DNA from: Pseudomonadota bacterium
GTDB taxonomy: Bacteria; Pseudomonadota; Alphaproteobacteria; Rhodobacterales; Rhodobacteraceae
Assembly (NCBI GenBank): GCA_039030915.1
Contig: JBCCDG010000004.1
Location: forward strand, 27,102-91,101
Length of the DNA stretch: 64,000 nucleotides
Direction: 5' to 3'
In this document: piece after piece, positions 38,210-47,597 of the stretch
Layout of the letters: each line of letters begins with the position of its first letter
Position numbering within the stretch: the stretch's first letter is position 1
The notes under the pieces: model-generated
The model's database searches: none
The model's input: the letters and a program-made list of their open reading frames with translations, nothing else
What the model was told of the DNA's origin: nothing
Position numbers and translations under genes: made by a program

Positions 38210-40168
38210 ATGCCAAGCTTATTTTTCGCGGCGGATGACGGGTCGATCGGGTACGAGTTCTACATCTCCGACGGGGAGACGATCACGGTTCTCGGCGACC
38301 TGAACCCAGGGCCGGAGGATGCGGCATTCGACGAAGACGACGTCTCTCTGGCTGCGGCACTCTCATCGGGCCAGATCGTCTTCATTGCCAATACCGAGGA
38401 ATTCGGCTCGGAAGTCTGGATCACCGACGGCACCGTGTCTGGAACGATGCTGCTTGCCGATATTGAATTCGGTCCGAATGACAGCGAGCCAGTTGTTTTC
38501 GTCAGTGCCGGTGATCGCGTCTACTTCATCGCGGAGACCGACGAGTTCGGAAACGAACTCTATATCACCGACGGAACAACCGCGGGCACGACGATCGTCC
38601 GCGACATCAACCCCGGAAGCTTCGACGGCTTCAACCAGGCCGAATCGATTTCGATCCACGACGGCAAGGTCTTCCTCGTTGCCAACGACGGCAGCACCGG
38701 CAACGAACTCTACATCACCGACGGCACCGATCTCGGCACCCGCCGGGTGAAGGACATCTTCGAAGGGGGCTCCAGCTCGGACATTGAGATCGGCCCGGGC
38801 TACTCCGCCACACTCGGCAACACTGGCTCGATCATCTTCGCCGCCAATGATGGGGAATTCGGCTACGAGCTCTGGCGCTCGGACGGGACCGAAGAGGGCA
38901 CCGTGATGGTGGCCGACATCAACTCGGGCCCCAGCGGCTCAGGCATCGAGGAGGTCTACGAGTTCGGGGACCGCGTCGTCTTCTCGGCCAATAACGGCAG
39001 CGACGGCCGGGAGCTCTGGATCACCGACGGCACCTCGGGCGGCACGCGTCAGGTCGCCGATATCGATGACGGCAACGGCTCCTCCGATCCGGAGATCCTG
39101 GGCGTGGTCGGCGACTTGCTGCTTTTCGCCGCCGATGACAACGAATTCGGCAAGGAACTCTGGGCCACCGACGGCAGCTCGACCGGGACCCGCCTCGTGC
39201 GCGATATCGACGGTGGCGGCGACGACAGCTTCCCCGACAATGGCAAGCCGTTCTTCCATTCGGTGATCGGCGACGTCCTCATCTTTTCCGCGGATGACGG
39301 CTCCACGGGCGAGGAGCTCTACTTCTCCGACGGCACCACGCTCGGGACGGGCCTCTTGAGGGACATCTACGAGGGCAGCGAAAGCAGCTCGCCGGAATAC
39401 CTCGCCACCGTGGGCGACGAGGTGTTCTTCTCGGCGGAGTCGGAGGATTTCGGACGAGAGCTCTGGAAGACCGACGGTACGTCCGAGGGAACCGTGCGCC
39501 TCGGCGATATCGACCCCGGCAGCGACAGCAGCGACCCGCTTCCGCTGGCGATCATGCCCGACGCCGCGCCGCTCTTCACGCCGGGCGACGACACGGTCGA
39601 CAACACGCCGGCCGATGACGAGTTCGACGGCCTCGGCGGGCGGGACACCATCGTCTACGACGCCAACCGCGAGGACGTCACGGAGACGCTCGGCTTCGGC
39701 GGGCGGGTCACCATCGAGGTGGGCGACGAGACCGACATGCTCGAGAACATCGAGCGCGTGGAGCTCAACGACGGCGCCTACATCTTCGACATTTCGGATA
39801 ACGGCGACTTCATCTATCGCCTCTACTCCGCCGCCTTCGTACGCACGCCGGACGAGGAGGGCTTCCGCTTCAACGTCATGCGCTCCGACAACGGTCAGAG
39901 CGACAAGTTCATCGCCGACAGCTTCACGACGAGCGACGAGTTCCTCGCGGAGTTCGGCACGAACCCGACCGACGAGGAGTTCGTCAACAACCTCTACATC
40001 AAGGTGCTGCAGCGCGAGGCGGATGCCGGAGGCCTCGAGTTCTGGACCACGCGCTTCGAGAGTGGCGAGCTCTCCCGCGGCGACATGCTGATCCGCTTCG
40101 CGGCCAGCGACGAGAACGTCGCCCGGACGGCAGACGATGTGGACGACGGCTTCTGGGTCACCGGCTGA
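38210..40168 (+). CDS. ELWxxDGT-repeat beta-propeller protein with RTX-like linker and C-terminal DUF4214-like domain
   Basis: Nine G.E(L/V/F)(W/Y)xxDG(T) repeats; acidic; FDGLGGRDTIVY; IYRLYSAAF.RTPDEEG and FVNNLY.KVLQREADAGGLEFW; no Sec signal. Confidence 0.9.
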   Translation: MPSLFFAADDGSIGYEFYISDGETITVLGDLNPGPEDAAFDEDDVSLAAALSSGQIVFIANTEEFGSEVWITDGTVSGTMLLADIEFGPNDSEPVVFVSAGDRVYFIAETDEFGNELYITDGTTAGTTIVRDINPGSFDGFNQAESISIHDGKVFLVANDGSTGNELYITDGTDLGTRRVKDIFEGGSSSDIEIGPGYSATLGNTGSIIFAANDGEFGYELWRSDGTEEGTVMVADINSGPSGSGIEEVYEFGDRVVFSANNGSDGRELWITDGTSGGTRQVADIDDGNGSSDPEILGVVGDLLLFAADDNEFGKELWATDGSSTGTRLVRDIDGGGDDSFPDNGKPFFHSVIGDVLIFSADDGSTGEELYFSDGTTLGTGLLRDIYEGSESSSPEYLATVGDEVFFSAESEDFGRELWKTDGTSEGTVRLGDIDPGSDSSDPLPLAIMPDAAPLFTPGDDTVDNTPADDEFDGLGGRDTIVYDANREDVTETLGFGGRVTIEVGDETDMLENIERVELNDGAYIFDISDNGDFIYRLYSAAFVRTPDEEGFRFNVMRSDNGQSDKFIADSFTTSDEFLAEFGTNPTDEEFVNNLYIKVLQREADAGGLEFWTTRFESGELSRGDMLIRFAASDENVARTADDVDDGFWVTG

Positions 40169-40213
40169 CGGTGACTTCGCAAACCGGGGGCGCAGCGCAG
40201 GTCGCGCCCCCGA

Positions 40214-40837
40214 TCAGGCGCGGCCCTGCGTTGCCAGCGCCTTCTCCGCCCAGGCGCGCCGCAAGTTCTCCGTGAGCCGCGCCGTCACCAGCCGCAGACA
40301 GAAATGGGCGAAGCCCGCATGCTCGCGACAGAGGTGGTTGAAGTCCGTCTCTTGCACCGCCAGCAACTCGGTGTCCCGCAGCGCTACGGCCGTGAAGAGG
40401 CGCTCGCGGTCGGGTGAGAAGAGGCCCATCTCGCCTAGAAGGTTGCCAGGTGCCAGGCGCTTGTCGATCTCGAGCAACAGCACCTCGCCCCGTTCGATAT
40501 AGTAGAGCCTCTCGGCAGGATCGCCCGCGCGGAAGATGATGCTGCCCGAGGATATCGCCTCCCGCTGCGCATAAGGCTCGATCCAGGCGGGCTCGAACAC
40601 AACCGCCGCAGGCGCTGCCGCACGATGACGCAGGAGCCGGACGAGCTGCGCGAGGTTGAGCGGCAGAAGTGCGCCGTGCAGCACCACGATCTGCCAGAGG
40701 CCGAGCGTCGTGGCGAAGGCGATGAAGCAGAGGTTCGACGCAATCGCCAGGATCCGCAGCGGCAGCATGGTGCGCATGCAGAAGGTCAGCAGCGTGAAGA
40801 GCGCCGCCATCCAGCCGATCGCGTCCACGAAGCCCAT
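40214..40837 (-). CDS. Membrane protein with cyclic-nucleotide-binding domain
   Basis: Three N-terminal TM helices (MRTMLPLRILAIASN); cNMP domain IFRAGDPAERLYYIERGEV and LGEMGLFSP..ER.FTA.A. Confidence 0.88.
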   Translation of the reverse strand: MGFVDAIGWMAALFTLLTFCMRTMLPLRILAIASNLCFIAFATTLGLWQIVVLHGALLPLNLAQLVRLLRHRAAAPAAVVFEPAWIEPYAQREAISSGSIIFRAGDPAERLYYIERGEVLLLEIDKRLAPGNLLGEMGLFSPDRERLFTAVALRDTELLAVQETDFNHLCREHAGFAHFCLRLVTARLTENLRRAWAEKALATQGRA

Positions 40838-40958
40838 GAGCCCCCCATCGCAGGCGCAAGATGCGCGCTCCTTATGGGCGATTAGGCCAAGGCATCACTC
40901 AACCAAAAAGTGAAAATCGTATCGTCATTCCGTGAATCCTGCGCGACAGCATGCGGGA

Positions 40959-41732
40959 TCACCCAACCATCTCGGGTAGCGTGACGATCTCGATGCCCGC
41001 GGCCTCCAGCGCATCGCGCGCGGCACGGGCGACGGCGACTGAGGTCGGCTCGTCGCCATGGACGCAGAGGCTGTCGAACCCGATGGGCAGCGGCTTGCCG
41101 CTCCGCGAGACGATGGTCTCCTCCTGCACCATCTTCACGACGCGCTCCGCCGCGACGGCCGCATTCTTGATCACCGAGCCCTCGACCGTGCGGGGCGTGA
41201 GGTTGCCGTCATCCTCGTAGGTGCGGTCGACAAAGGCCTCCCGGCCGACCTTGAGCCCATGTGCCCGCGCCGCCTCCTCCATCTCCGTCCCTGGCATGAC
41301 CAGCGCGATTAGATCGGGCGCCACGGTCTTTTGGGCGCGCATGATGGCGGCGGCATAATCGGCGTCTTTGCAGCCCATGTTATTGAGCGCGCCATGGGCC
41401 TTCACATGCGTCACCGCCAGGCCCGAATATGCAGCCATGCCCAGCATCGCACCGATCTGATAGGCGACGAGATATTCGAGCTCGTCCGCGTTCATGCGGA
41501 TCTGGCGCCGCCCGAAGCCCCAGAGGTCATTGAAGCCCGGATGCGCGCCGATGCTGACCCCCGCCTTCTCCGCCGCCAAGATCACGCGGCGCATCACCGA
41601 TGCGTCTCCCCCATGCATGCCGCAGGCGATGTTAGCGCTCTTGACGATGCCGAGCAGGCTTTCGTCGTCCCCGATATCGTAGGCGCCCCAGCCCTCGGCC
41701 ATATCCGCGTTGATGTTGATGCGCTTGGCCAT
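40959..41732 (-). CDS. pxpA: 5-oxoprolinase subunit A (LamB/YcsF family)
   Basis: ININADMAEG.G, SANIACGMHGGD, IGAHPGF.D..GFGRR, HVKAHGALNN, LCVHGD. Confidence 0.93.
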   Translation of the reverse strand: MAKRININADMAEGWGAYDIGDDESLLGIVKSANIACGMHGGDASVMRRVILAAEKAGVSIGAHPGFNDLWGFGRRQIRMNADELEYLVAYQIGAMLGMAAYSGLAVTHVKAHGALNNMGCKDADYAAAIMRAQKTVAPDLIALVMPGTEMEEAARAHGLKVGREAFVDRTYEDDGNLTPRTVEGSVIKNAAVAAERVVKMVQEETIVSRSGKPLPIGFDSLCVHGDEPTSVAVARAARDALEAAGIEIVTLPEMVG

Positions 41733-41828
41733 GGGGACCTCCTCTCCTTGCGTCCGGCAGGTTTCGACGCGAGCATGGACGAGACGGGCGGAGGCTTCTA
41801 GGTCTGTCGAAGGGACCAAGGAGGCGCG

Positions 41829-42590
41829 ATGACCACGCACGCCCAGAACACCATGCCAGAGCCGCGCTACCTGCCCTTCGGCGATGCGGGCCTCGTCGTC
41901 GAGTTCGGGCGGGACAAGGATCGCGCCCTCTCCGCGGCGGTGCTCGCGCTCGATGCGGCGCTGGGTGAGAAGGCGCCCGAGGGCGTTGTCGAGACGGCGC
42001 CGAGCTTTCGCTCTCTCCTCGTGCAGTTCGACCCGCTGGTGACGGACGGGCCCAGCCTCGAGGCCGCGATCCGGGAGATTGTGGGAGGCGGCCTCTCCGC
42101 CGCGGAGGCGGCGGCGAAGCATTGGCACCTGCCGGCCTGCTACGAGGGCGAATACGCGCCGGATCTCGCTGACGTTTCCGAGCGGGCGGGCATGAAACCC
42201 GCCGATGTGATCGACCTGCATTCGGGCATGGCTCATCACGTCTACATGATCGGCTTCCTGCCCGGCGCGCCCTATATGGGCGACCTGCCGGAGGAGATCG
42301 ACTTTCCGCGGCGGAGCGATCCGCGGACCAAGGTGCCGGCGGGCTCGGTCGCCATCGCTGTCGGGCTCACGGTCATCTATCCGGTGACGAGCCCGGGCGG
42401 CTGGCACCTCATCGGCCGCACGCCCGTCAGCCTGTTCGACAAGACGGCAAGCGAGGAGGCGCCCGCCCTCCTCCGCCCAGGGGACGCGGTGAGCTTCGAG
42501 CCGATGCCCCCCGACCGCTATGCCGAGATCGCGAAGGCCGCCGAGGCCGGCGAGTGGCAGCCAGAGGCCCGACCGAGGGAGGACGCCTGA
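41829..42590 (+). CDS. pxpB: 5-oxoprolinase subunit B (allophanate hydrolase subunit 1 / KipI family)
   Basis: VYMIGFLPGAPY, PRTKVPAGSVAIA, IYPVTSPGGWHLIGRT. Confidence 0.92.
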   Translation: MTTHAQNTMPEPRYLPFGDAGLVVEFGRDKDRALSAAVLALDAALGEKAPEGVVETAPSFRSLLVQFDPLVTDGPSLEAAIREIVGGGLSAAEAAAKHWHLPACYEGEYAPDLADVSERAGMKPADVIDLHSGMAHHVYMIGFLPGAPYMGDLPEEIDFPRRSDPRTKVPAGSVAIAVGLTVIYPVTSPGGWHLIGRTPVSLFDKTASEEAPALLRPGDAVSFEPMPPDRYAEIAKAAEAGEWQPEARPREDA

Positions 42591-43648
42591 TGGCGGCGCT
42601 CAAGATCGTCGATCCGGGCCTCGCCACCTCGCTGCAGGATGGCGGACGCCGCGGCTTCCAGCGTTTCGGCGTGCCTCCTTCCGGCGCGCTCGACCGTGAT
42701 GGCCTTGCCGAGGCCAACGCGCTGATCGGCGCGAAGCATGGCGCGCCCGCCCTCGAGATGCGGTTTCTCGGCCCGACCATAGAGGCGGAGGAGCCTGTCC
42801 GCGTCGCCACCGCGGGGGCGCCGCTGGCGATGAAGCTGAAGCGGCATGACGGCACGGAGGAGACGATTGCCGGATGGCGGAGCGTGACGCTGGCCAAGGG
42901 CGACAGGCTGCGCGTCGGCCCCATCAAGGGTAGCGCCACAGCCTATCTCGCAGTCGCGGGCGGTTTCGACGTGAAGCCCGTCCTGGGCTCCGCCGCCACG
43001 CTCGGCCGTGCGGGGCTCGGCGGTTTCGAGGGCCGCGCGATCGAGGGAGGGGACCGCCTCCCGCTCGCCGCCGCGGCCGTGCCGGCAGGACCCGATCGCG
43101 CCCTGCCCGCACGGGAGGACGACAGCGGCAGGAGCCCCCTCCGCATCCGCGTGGTGCTCGGCCCGCAGGACGACCACTTCACCGACGCCGCGCATGAGAC
43201 GTTTCTCGGCACCGACTGGACGGTATCCGACAAGTCGGACCGCATGGGGCTCCGCCTCCAAGGGGCGACGCTCGAGCATAGGAGCGAGCCCGGCCATGGA
43301 GCGGACATCGTCTCGGACGGGATCGTCACCGGGGCCATCCAGGTCCCCGGCTCCGGCCAGCCCATCCTGCTGCTCGCGGACCGTCAGACCTCGGGTGGCT
43401 ACGCCAAGATCGCCGCCGCCGTAACCGCGGACCTGCCCGCGCTCGGCCGCGCCGGTCCGGGCACCCGGCTTCGCTTCGAGGTGGTGAGCGCGGCCGAGGG
43501 GGCGGCGGCCGCGCGCAAGGCTAAGGCCGCGCTCGAAAAGCGCCTTGGCCGCATCGCGGACGTCACCGACACGCATCTCGACATGGCCGCGCTCTACAAC
43601 GAGAACCTGATCACCGGTCAGGTGGAGGACGGCCCCGGCGACAGCTGA
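42590..43648 (+). CDS. pxpC: 5-oxoprolinase subunit C (allophanate hydrolase subunit 2 / KipA family)
   Basis: LQDGGR.GFQRFGVPPSGALD, SDRMGLRL, GAIQVP.SGQPILLLADRQTSGGYAKI; TGATG coupling to pxpB. Confidence 0.92.
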   Translation: MAALKIVDPGLATSLQDGGRRGFQRFGVPPSGALDRDGLAEANALIGAKHGAPALEMRFLGPTIEAEEPVRVATAGAPLAMKLKRHDGTEETIAGWRSVTLAKGDRLRVGPIKGSATAYLAVAGGFDVKPVLGSAATLGRAGLGGFEGRAIEGGDRLPLAAAAVPAGPDRALPAREDDSGRSPLRIRVVLGPQDDHFTDAAHETFLGTDWTVSDKSDRMGLRLQGATLEHRSEPGHGADIVSDGIVTGAIQVPGSGQPILLLADRQTSGGYAKIAAAVTADLPALGRAGPGTRLRFEVVSAAEGAAAARKAKAALEKRLGRIADVTDTHLDMAALYNENLITGQVEDGPGDS

Positions 43649-43662
43649 TCGGGCGCCGGCGC

Positions 43663-44742
43663 CTAGGCTTCCTCGGGCCCCTCCGAAAGCCAGACCAGCA
43701 CGCGCGAATCCGCGTCGAGCCCCAGTGCCGTGCGTGCCTGGCCCACATGGCGGAGCGCCGTGACCCCCGCAGCGCCCGAGGGCGTGGTCTCGATCCCCTC
43801 GCCGCTGAGCCAGGCCACCGTCTCAGCCGCCGCGCGCTCCCCGACGGTCACGAAGTCGTCCGCCTCCCGCGCAAGGCAGGCGAGGGCGAGATGCGAGGGC
43901 TCCTTGCAGTCGAGCCGGCCCATGGCGCTCTCCGGCCCCTCGACGCGACGGGGAAAGCCGGCGCGCACACTCTCGATGAGGCAGGGTGCGGCCTCCGGCT
44001 CTACCACCACAATGCGCGGCCCGGCCCCCCATGCGCGCCGCAGATGGGCCGCGACCGCCGCAGCAAGCCCACCGACGCCGGCCTGCAGGAAGACATGCGT
44101 GGGCGGAGACGGCATCTCTGCCACCGCCTCGGCTGCCGTGATCAGATAGCCCTCCATCACCGCCGCGGCGGGTGCCGTGTAGCCGGGCCAGCTCGAATCC
44201 GAGAGGAGCTCCCAGCCCTCGGCGACGGCAAGCCGACGCGCCTCCACCATCGCCTCGTCATAGACCGCGCCGTGCCGGATGACCCGGGCCCCCTTGGCGC
44301 GCAACCGCCCGGCGAATGCCTCCGGCACCGTATCCGCGAGGAGCACCACCGCCGCCGCGCCGAAGAGCCTGGCACCGGCCGCCATCGAGAGCCCGTGATT
44401 GCCCGCCGAGGCGCAGACATAGGTGACGCCCGAAAGCGCCGTCGCATGCTCGGCCGCGCCGGCGGCCACCCTGTCGGCAGCTGCGCGCGCGATGGCATGG
44501 GCGGCCCCCAGCGCCTTGAAGCTGCCGAGCCCGCAGCGCCCCCGCTCGTCCTTCGCATGGAGCGTCGCGAGACCCAGCGGTGCCGCAAGGGTCGGCAGGG
44601 CGAGTAGCGGGCTCGCCCCCGCCTTCGGGCACTGCGCAAAGAGCGCACGTGCTGCCGCCGGATCCGCCAGCACCTCGCCCTCGGCAAGATGCGGCCCGGG
44701 CGGCAGGCCACGACGGCGGTGGGGATTGGGCAGATGGTCCAT
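43663..44742 (-). CDS. Diaminopropionate ammonia-lyase-like PLP enzyme (fold type II)
   Basis: KDE..R.GLGSFKALG (PLP Lys), ASAGNHG, SDSSWPGY, VMEGY, THVFLQAGVGGLA, SAMGRLDCKEPS. Confidence 0.85.
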   Translation of the reverse strand: MDHLPNPHRRRGLPPGPHLAEGEVLADPAAARALFAQCPKAGASPLLALPTLAAPLGLATLHAKDERGRCGLGSFKALGAAHAIARAAADRVAAGAAEHATALSGVTYVCASAGNHGLSMAAGARLFGAAAVVLLADTVPEAFAGRLRAKGARVIRHGAVYDEAMVEARRLAVAEGWELLSDSSWPGYTAPAAAVMEGYLITAAEAVAEMPSPPTHVFLQAGVGGLAAAVAAHLRRAWGAGPRIVVVEPEAAPCLIESVRAGFPRRVEGPESAMGRLDCKEPSHLALACLAREADDFVTVGERAAAETVAWLSGEGIETTPSGAAGVTALRHVGQARTALGLDADSRVLVWLSEGPEEA

Positions 44743-45052
44743 GACGGGCGCTCGTTGCAGGAGTTGGGCGATCTCGGGGTTGGCAATCTCGGGCTGGGCA
44801 CCCTCGCATGCCGGACGTGGGATCGCCAGCACGCGACCCGCCATCCCGCCCGCCGCCGCGCTCGCCCCAGTGCCCCGTGCCGATCCGGCGGATCTGCGGT
44901 CCGCCCTCGCCAGGCTGGATCCGGCGATCCATGGCGGCAGGCATCGGGACCATGCCCACCGGATCGTCCACGCGTCCCGGGCGATGCAGCGGTTCCGTGA
45001 GGTCGGCAGACGCTCTAACGTCGGCCCATCCCCCCGTTGCCGGAGCGCCCCC

Positions 45053-46366
45053 ATGAACCTCATACCCCGCCTCGCCGCCCGCGCCGATGCTGGCCATCCC
45101 GTCCGCGCCGGACTGATCGGCGCTGGCAAGTTCGGCTCGATGTTCCTCGCGCAGGTTCCCACGATCCCCGGCCTCCAGGTCGCCGCCATCGCCGATCTCG
45201 ACCCGGACCGCGCCCGCGGCGCCTGCGCTGCCGTCGGCTGGAGCGCGGAGCGCATCGCCGCCACGGCCTTCCTCGAGGACGGTCGCGCCCTCGCCGCGCG
45301 GGACGATGTGGAGGTGGTGATCGAGGCCACGGGCAACCCGCGGGCCGGCATCGCCCATGCCCGCGCCGCCATCGCCGCAGGCCGCCACGTCGTTATGGTC
45401 AACGTCGAGGCGGATGTGCTGGCCGGCCCCGTCCTCGCGGCCGAGGCGCGCAGCGCCGGGACCGTCTACTCGATGGCGTATGGCGACCAGCCCGCCCTCG
45501 TCGCCGAGATGGTCGACTGGGCGCGCGCTGCAGGCTTCCGCGTGGCGGCCGCCGGCAAGGGCACGAAGTACCTGCCCGCCTACCACGCCGTCACCCCCGA
45601 CGACGTCTGGTCGCATTACGGCCTGACGCCCGAAGAGGCCGCTGCCGCGGGCATGAACCCCCAGATGTTCAACTCCTTCCTCGATGGCACCAAGAGCGCG
45701 ATCGAGATGGCCGCCATCGCCAATGCCTGCGGGCTCGGCGTACCGCGAGACGGCCTCCGCTTCCCGCCTTCGGGCGTTGATGACCTTGCCTACGTGCTCC
45801 GCACCGAGGCGCTCGGCGGCCGGCTCGAGGAGCACGAAGACGGCCTCGTCGAGGTCGTCTCCTCCGTCGAGCGCGACGGCCGGCCCGTCTTTCGTGATCT
45901 TCGCTGGGGTGTCTACGTGGTGCTCGAGGCGCCGTCGAACTACGCGGCGGCCTGCTTCCGGCAGTACGGCCTGCCGACCGACAGCACCGGCCGCTTCGCC
46001 GCGATGTACAAGCCCTTCCACCTCATCGGCCTCGAGCTCTCCATCTCCGTTCTCAACGCCGCTCTACGCGCCGAACCGACCGGGCAGTCGCGCGAGATGC
46101 GCGGCACCGTCGGGGCAGTGGCGAAGCGCGATCTGACCGAGGGCGAGACGCTGGATGGCGAGGGCGGCTACACGGTCTGGGGCAAGCTCATGCCCGCAGC
46201 CCTCCCGGCCGCGCAGGATACCGTGCCCATCGGCCTTGCCCATGGCGTCACGCTCATCCGTCCCGTGGCCGCAGGCACGCCCATCCGCTTTGCCGATCTG
46301 GCCCCGCTTACGGATAACGACGAGGCGCTGGCCCTCTACCGCCAGGCGATGGCGATGGCCGGCTGA
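45053..46366 (+). CDS. Homoserine-dehydrogenase-like NAD(P) oxidoreductase with C-terminal SAF domain (COG4091 type)
   Basis: GLIGAGKFG, VIEATG, MVNVEAD, YGDQP, GKGTKY, NPQMFNSFLDGTKSAIEM; SAF domain AKRDL..GETLDGEGGYTVWG. Confidence 0.9.
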   Translation: MNLIPRLAARADAGHPVRAGLIGAGKFGSMFLAQVPTIPGLQVAAIADLDPDRARGACAAVGWSAERIAATAFLEDGRALAARDDVEVVIEATGNPRAGIAHARAAIAAGRHVVMVNVEADVLAGPVLAAEARSAGTVYSMAYGDQPALVAEMVDWARAAGFRVAAAGKGTKYLPAYHAVTPDDVWSHYGLTPEEAAAAGMNPQMFNSFLDGTKSAIEMAAIANACGLGVPRDGLRFPPSGVDDLAYVLRTEALGGRLEEHEDGLVEVVSSVERDGRPVFRDLRWGVYVVLEAPSNYAAACFRQYGLPTDSTGRFAAMYKPFHLIGLELSISVLNAALRAEPTGQSREMRGTVGAVAKRDLTEGETLDGEGGYTVWGKLMPAALPAAQDTVPIGLAHGVTLIRPVAAGTPIRFADLAPLTDNDEALALYRQAMAMAG

Positions 46367-46391
46367 AGGGGGGCGCCGCGCCGGCCCGCCC

Positions 46392-47597
46392 CTATTCGCC
46401 AAGGCGCGCGCGATACCACCGCGCGATGAGCGCCCGCTCCGCCTCCTCCATATACGTGACATTGCCCGGCGGCATGGCGCGTGTATGGGCGGCCTGCAGA
46501 TAGATCGCCCGTGCCTCGCGCAGGATGTCCGCCCGGCTCTCCAGAACGACGCCCTTCGGCGCCCGTGCCACCCCGTCCCAATAGGGTTCGGCCGCATGAC
46601 ACATGCTGCATCGCCCCAGCACCGCAGCCTCTACCGCCTCGATCTCGGCGGGACCGGCGGCCGCGGCCGCCTCGGCCGGCACCCGGGGCACGAGGGAAAG
46701 AGCGGCGATGAGCGCGAAGAGCCCCGCCGTTGCCCCCCATGTCCACCAGAGCCGCGCGCCCGTCGCATGCAGCGTGTTGAAGAAGTGCCGGATCGTCACG
46801 CCCATCAGAAAGACCAGCGCCGCAATCGCCCAGTTCCATTCGCTCCCGAAGGCCAGCGTGTAATGGTTCGAGAGCATGAGGAAGAGAACCGGCAGCGTCA
46901 GATAGTTGTTGTGAAGCGAGCGCTGCTTGGCCTGGGCGCCGAGATGCGCCGCCGGCTCCCGCCCTGCCTTGAGGTCCGCTACCACCACCTTCTGGTTCGG
47001 AATGATGATGAAAAAGACGTTTGCCGACATGATGGTAGCGGTGAAGGCACCGAGATGGAGGAGCGCCGCCCGGCCCGAGAAGACCTGCGTATACCCCCAG
47101 CTCATCGCAACCAGCACGCCGAAGAGCACGAGCATCAGTCGTGTCTGATCCGTGCCGAGCGGGCTCTTGCAGAGCCTGTCATAGAGCAGCCAGCCGAGCC
47201 CCAGCGACGCCAACGAGATCAGCACGGCGACTTCCGACGAGACGTCGAGAACCTCACGATCGACCAGGTAGAGCGCCGCGCTCGCATAATACATCACCGC
47301 CAGAAGCGCGAAGCCGGAGAGCCAGGTCGAGTAAGCCTCCCATTTGAACCAGGTCAGCCTGTCGGGCAGCGCGTCGGGCGCGACCATATACTTCCGGATA
47401 TGATAGAAGCCCCCGCCATGAACTTGCCAGGCCTCGCCGCCCACGCCCTGTGGCAGAGGCCCCTCGCGGCGAAGGCCGAGGTCGAGTGCGATGAAGTAGA
47501 ATGAGGAGCCGATCCAGGCGATGCCTGTGATCACATGAAGCCAGCGGACGGCGAAGGACAGCCAGTCCCAGAGGAGCGTCAGCGTCAGCGGGTCCAC
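46392..47597 (-). CDS. puuD: Urate hydroxylase PuuD (membrane protein with C-terminal cytochrome c domain)
   Basis: RWLHVITGIAWIGSSFYF, WQVHGGGFY, WFKWEAY.TWLSG, QRSLHNNYLTLPV; CSMCH heme motif and MPPGN. Confidence 0.93.
   Translation of the reverse strand: MDPLTLTLLWDWLSFAVRWLHVITGIAWIGSSFYFIALDLGLRREGPLPQGVGGEAWQVHGGGFYHIRKYMVAPDALPDRLTWFKWEAYSTWLSGFALLAVMYYASAALYLVDREVLDVSSEVAVLISLASLGLGWLLYDRLCKSPLGTDQTRLMLVLFGVLVAMSWGYTQVFSGRAALLHLGAFTATIMSANVFFIIIPNQKVVVADLKAGREPAAHLGAQAKQRSLHNNYLTLPVLFLMLSNHYTLAFGSEWNWAIAALVFLMGVTIRHFFNTLHATGARLWWTWGATAGLFALIAALSLVPRVPAEAAAAAGPAEIEAVEAAVLGRCSMCHAAEPYWDGVARAPKGVVLESRADILREARAIYLQAAHTRAMPPGNVTYMEEAERALIARWYRARLGE

Noticed and set aside
41733-42407. Long N-terminal extension of pxpA (482-aa ORF)
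   Set aside because: Overlaps pxpB antisense. LamB homology begins at MAKRININAD (41732), which has an RBS.
44423-45402. Mutually overlapping N-terminal extensions of the PLP lyase and the SAF dehydrogenase
   Set aside because: Family homology begins at 44742 (-) and 45053 (+). The extensions are read-through artefacts of high GC.
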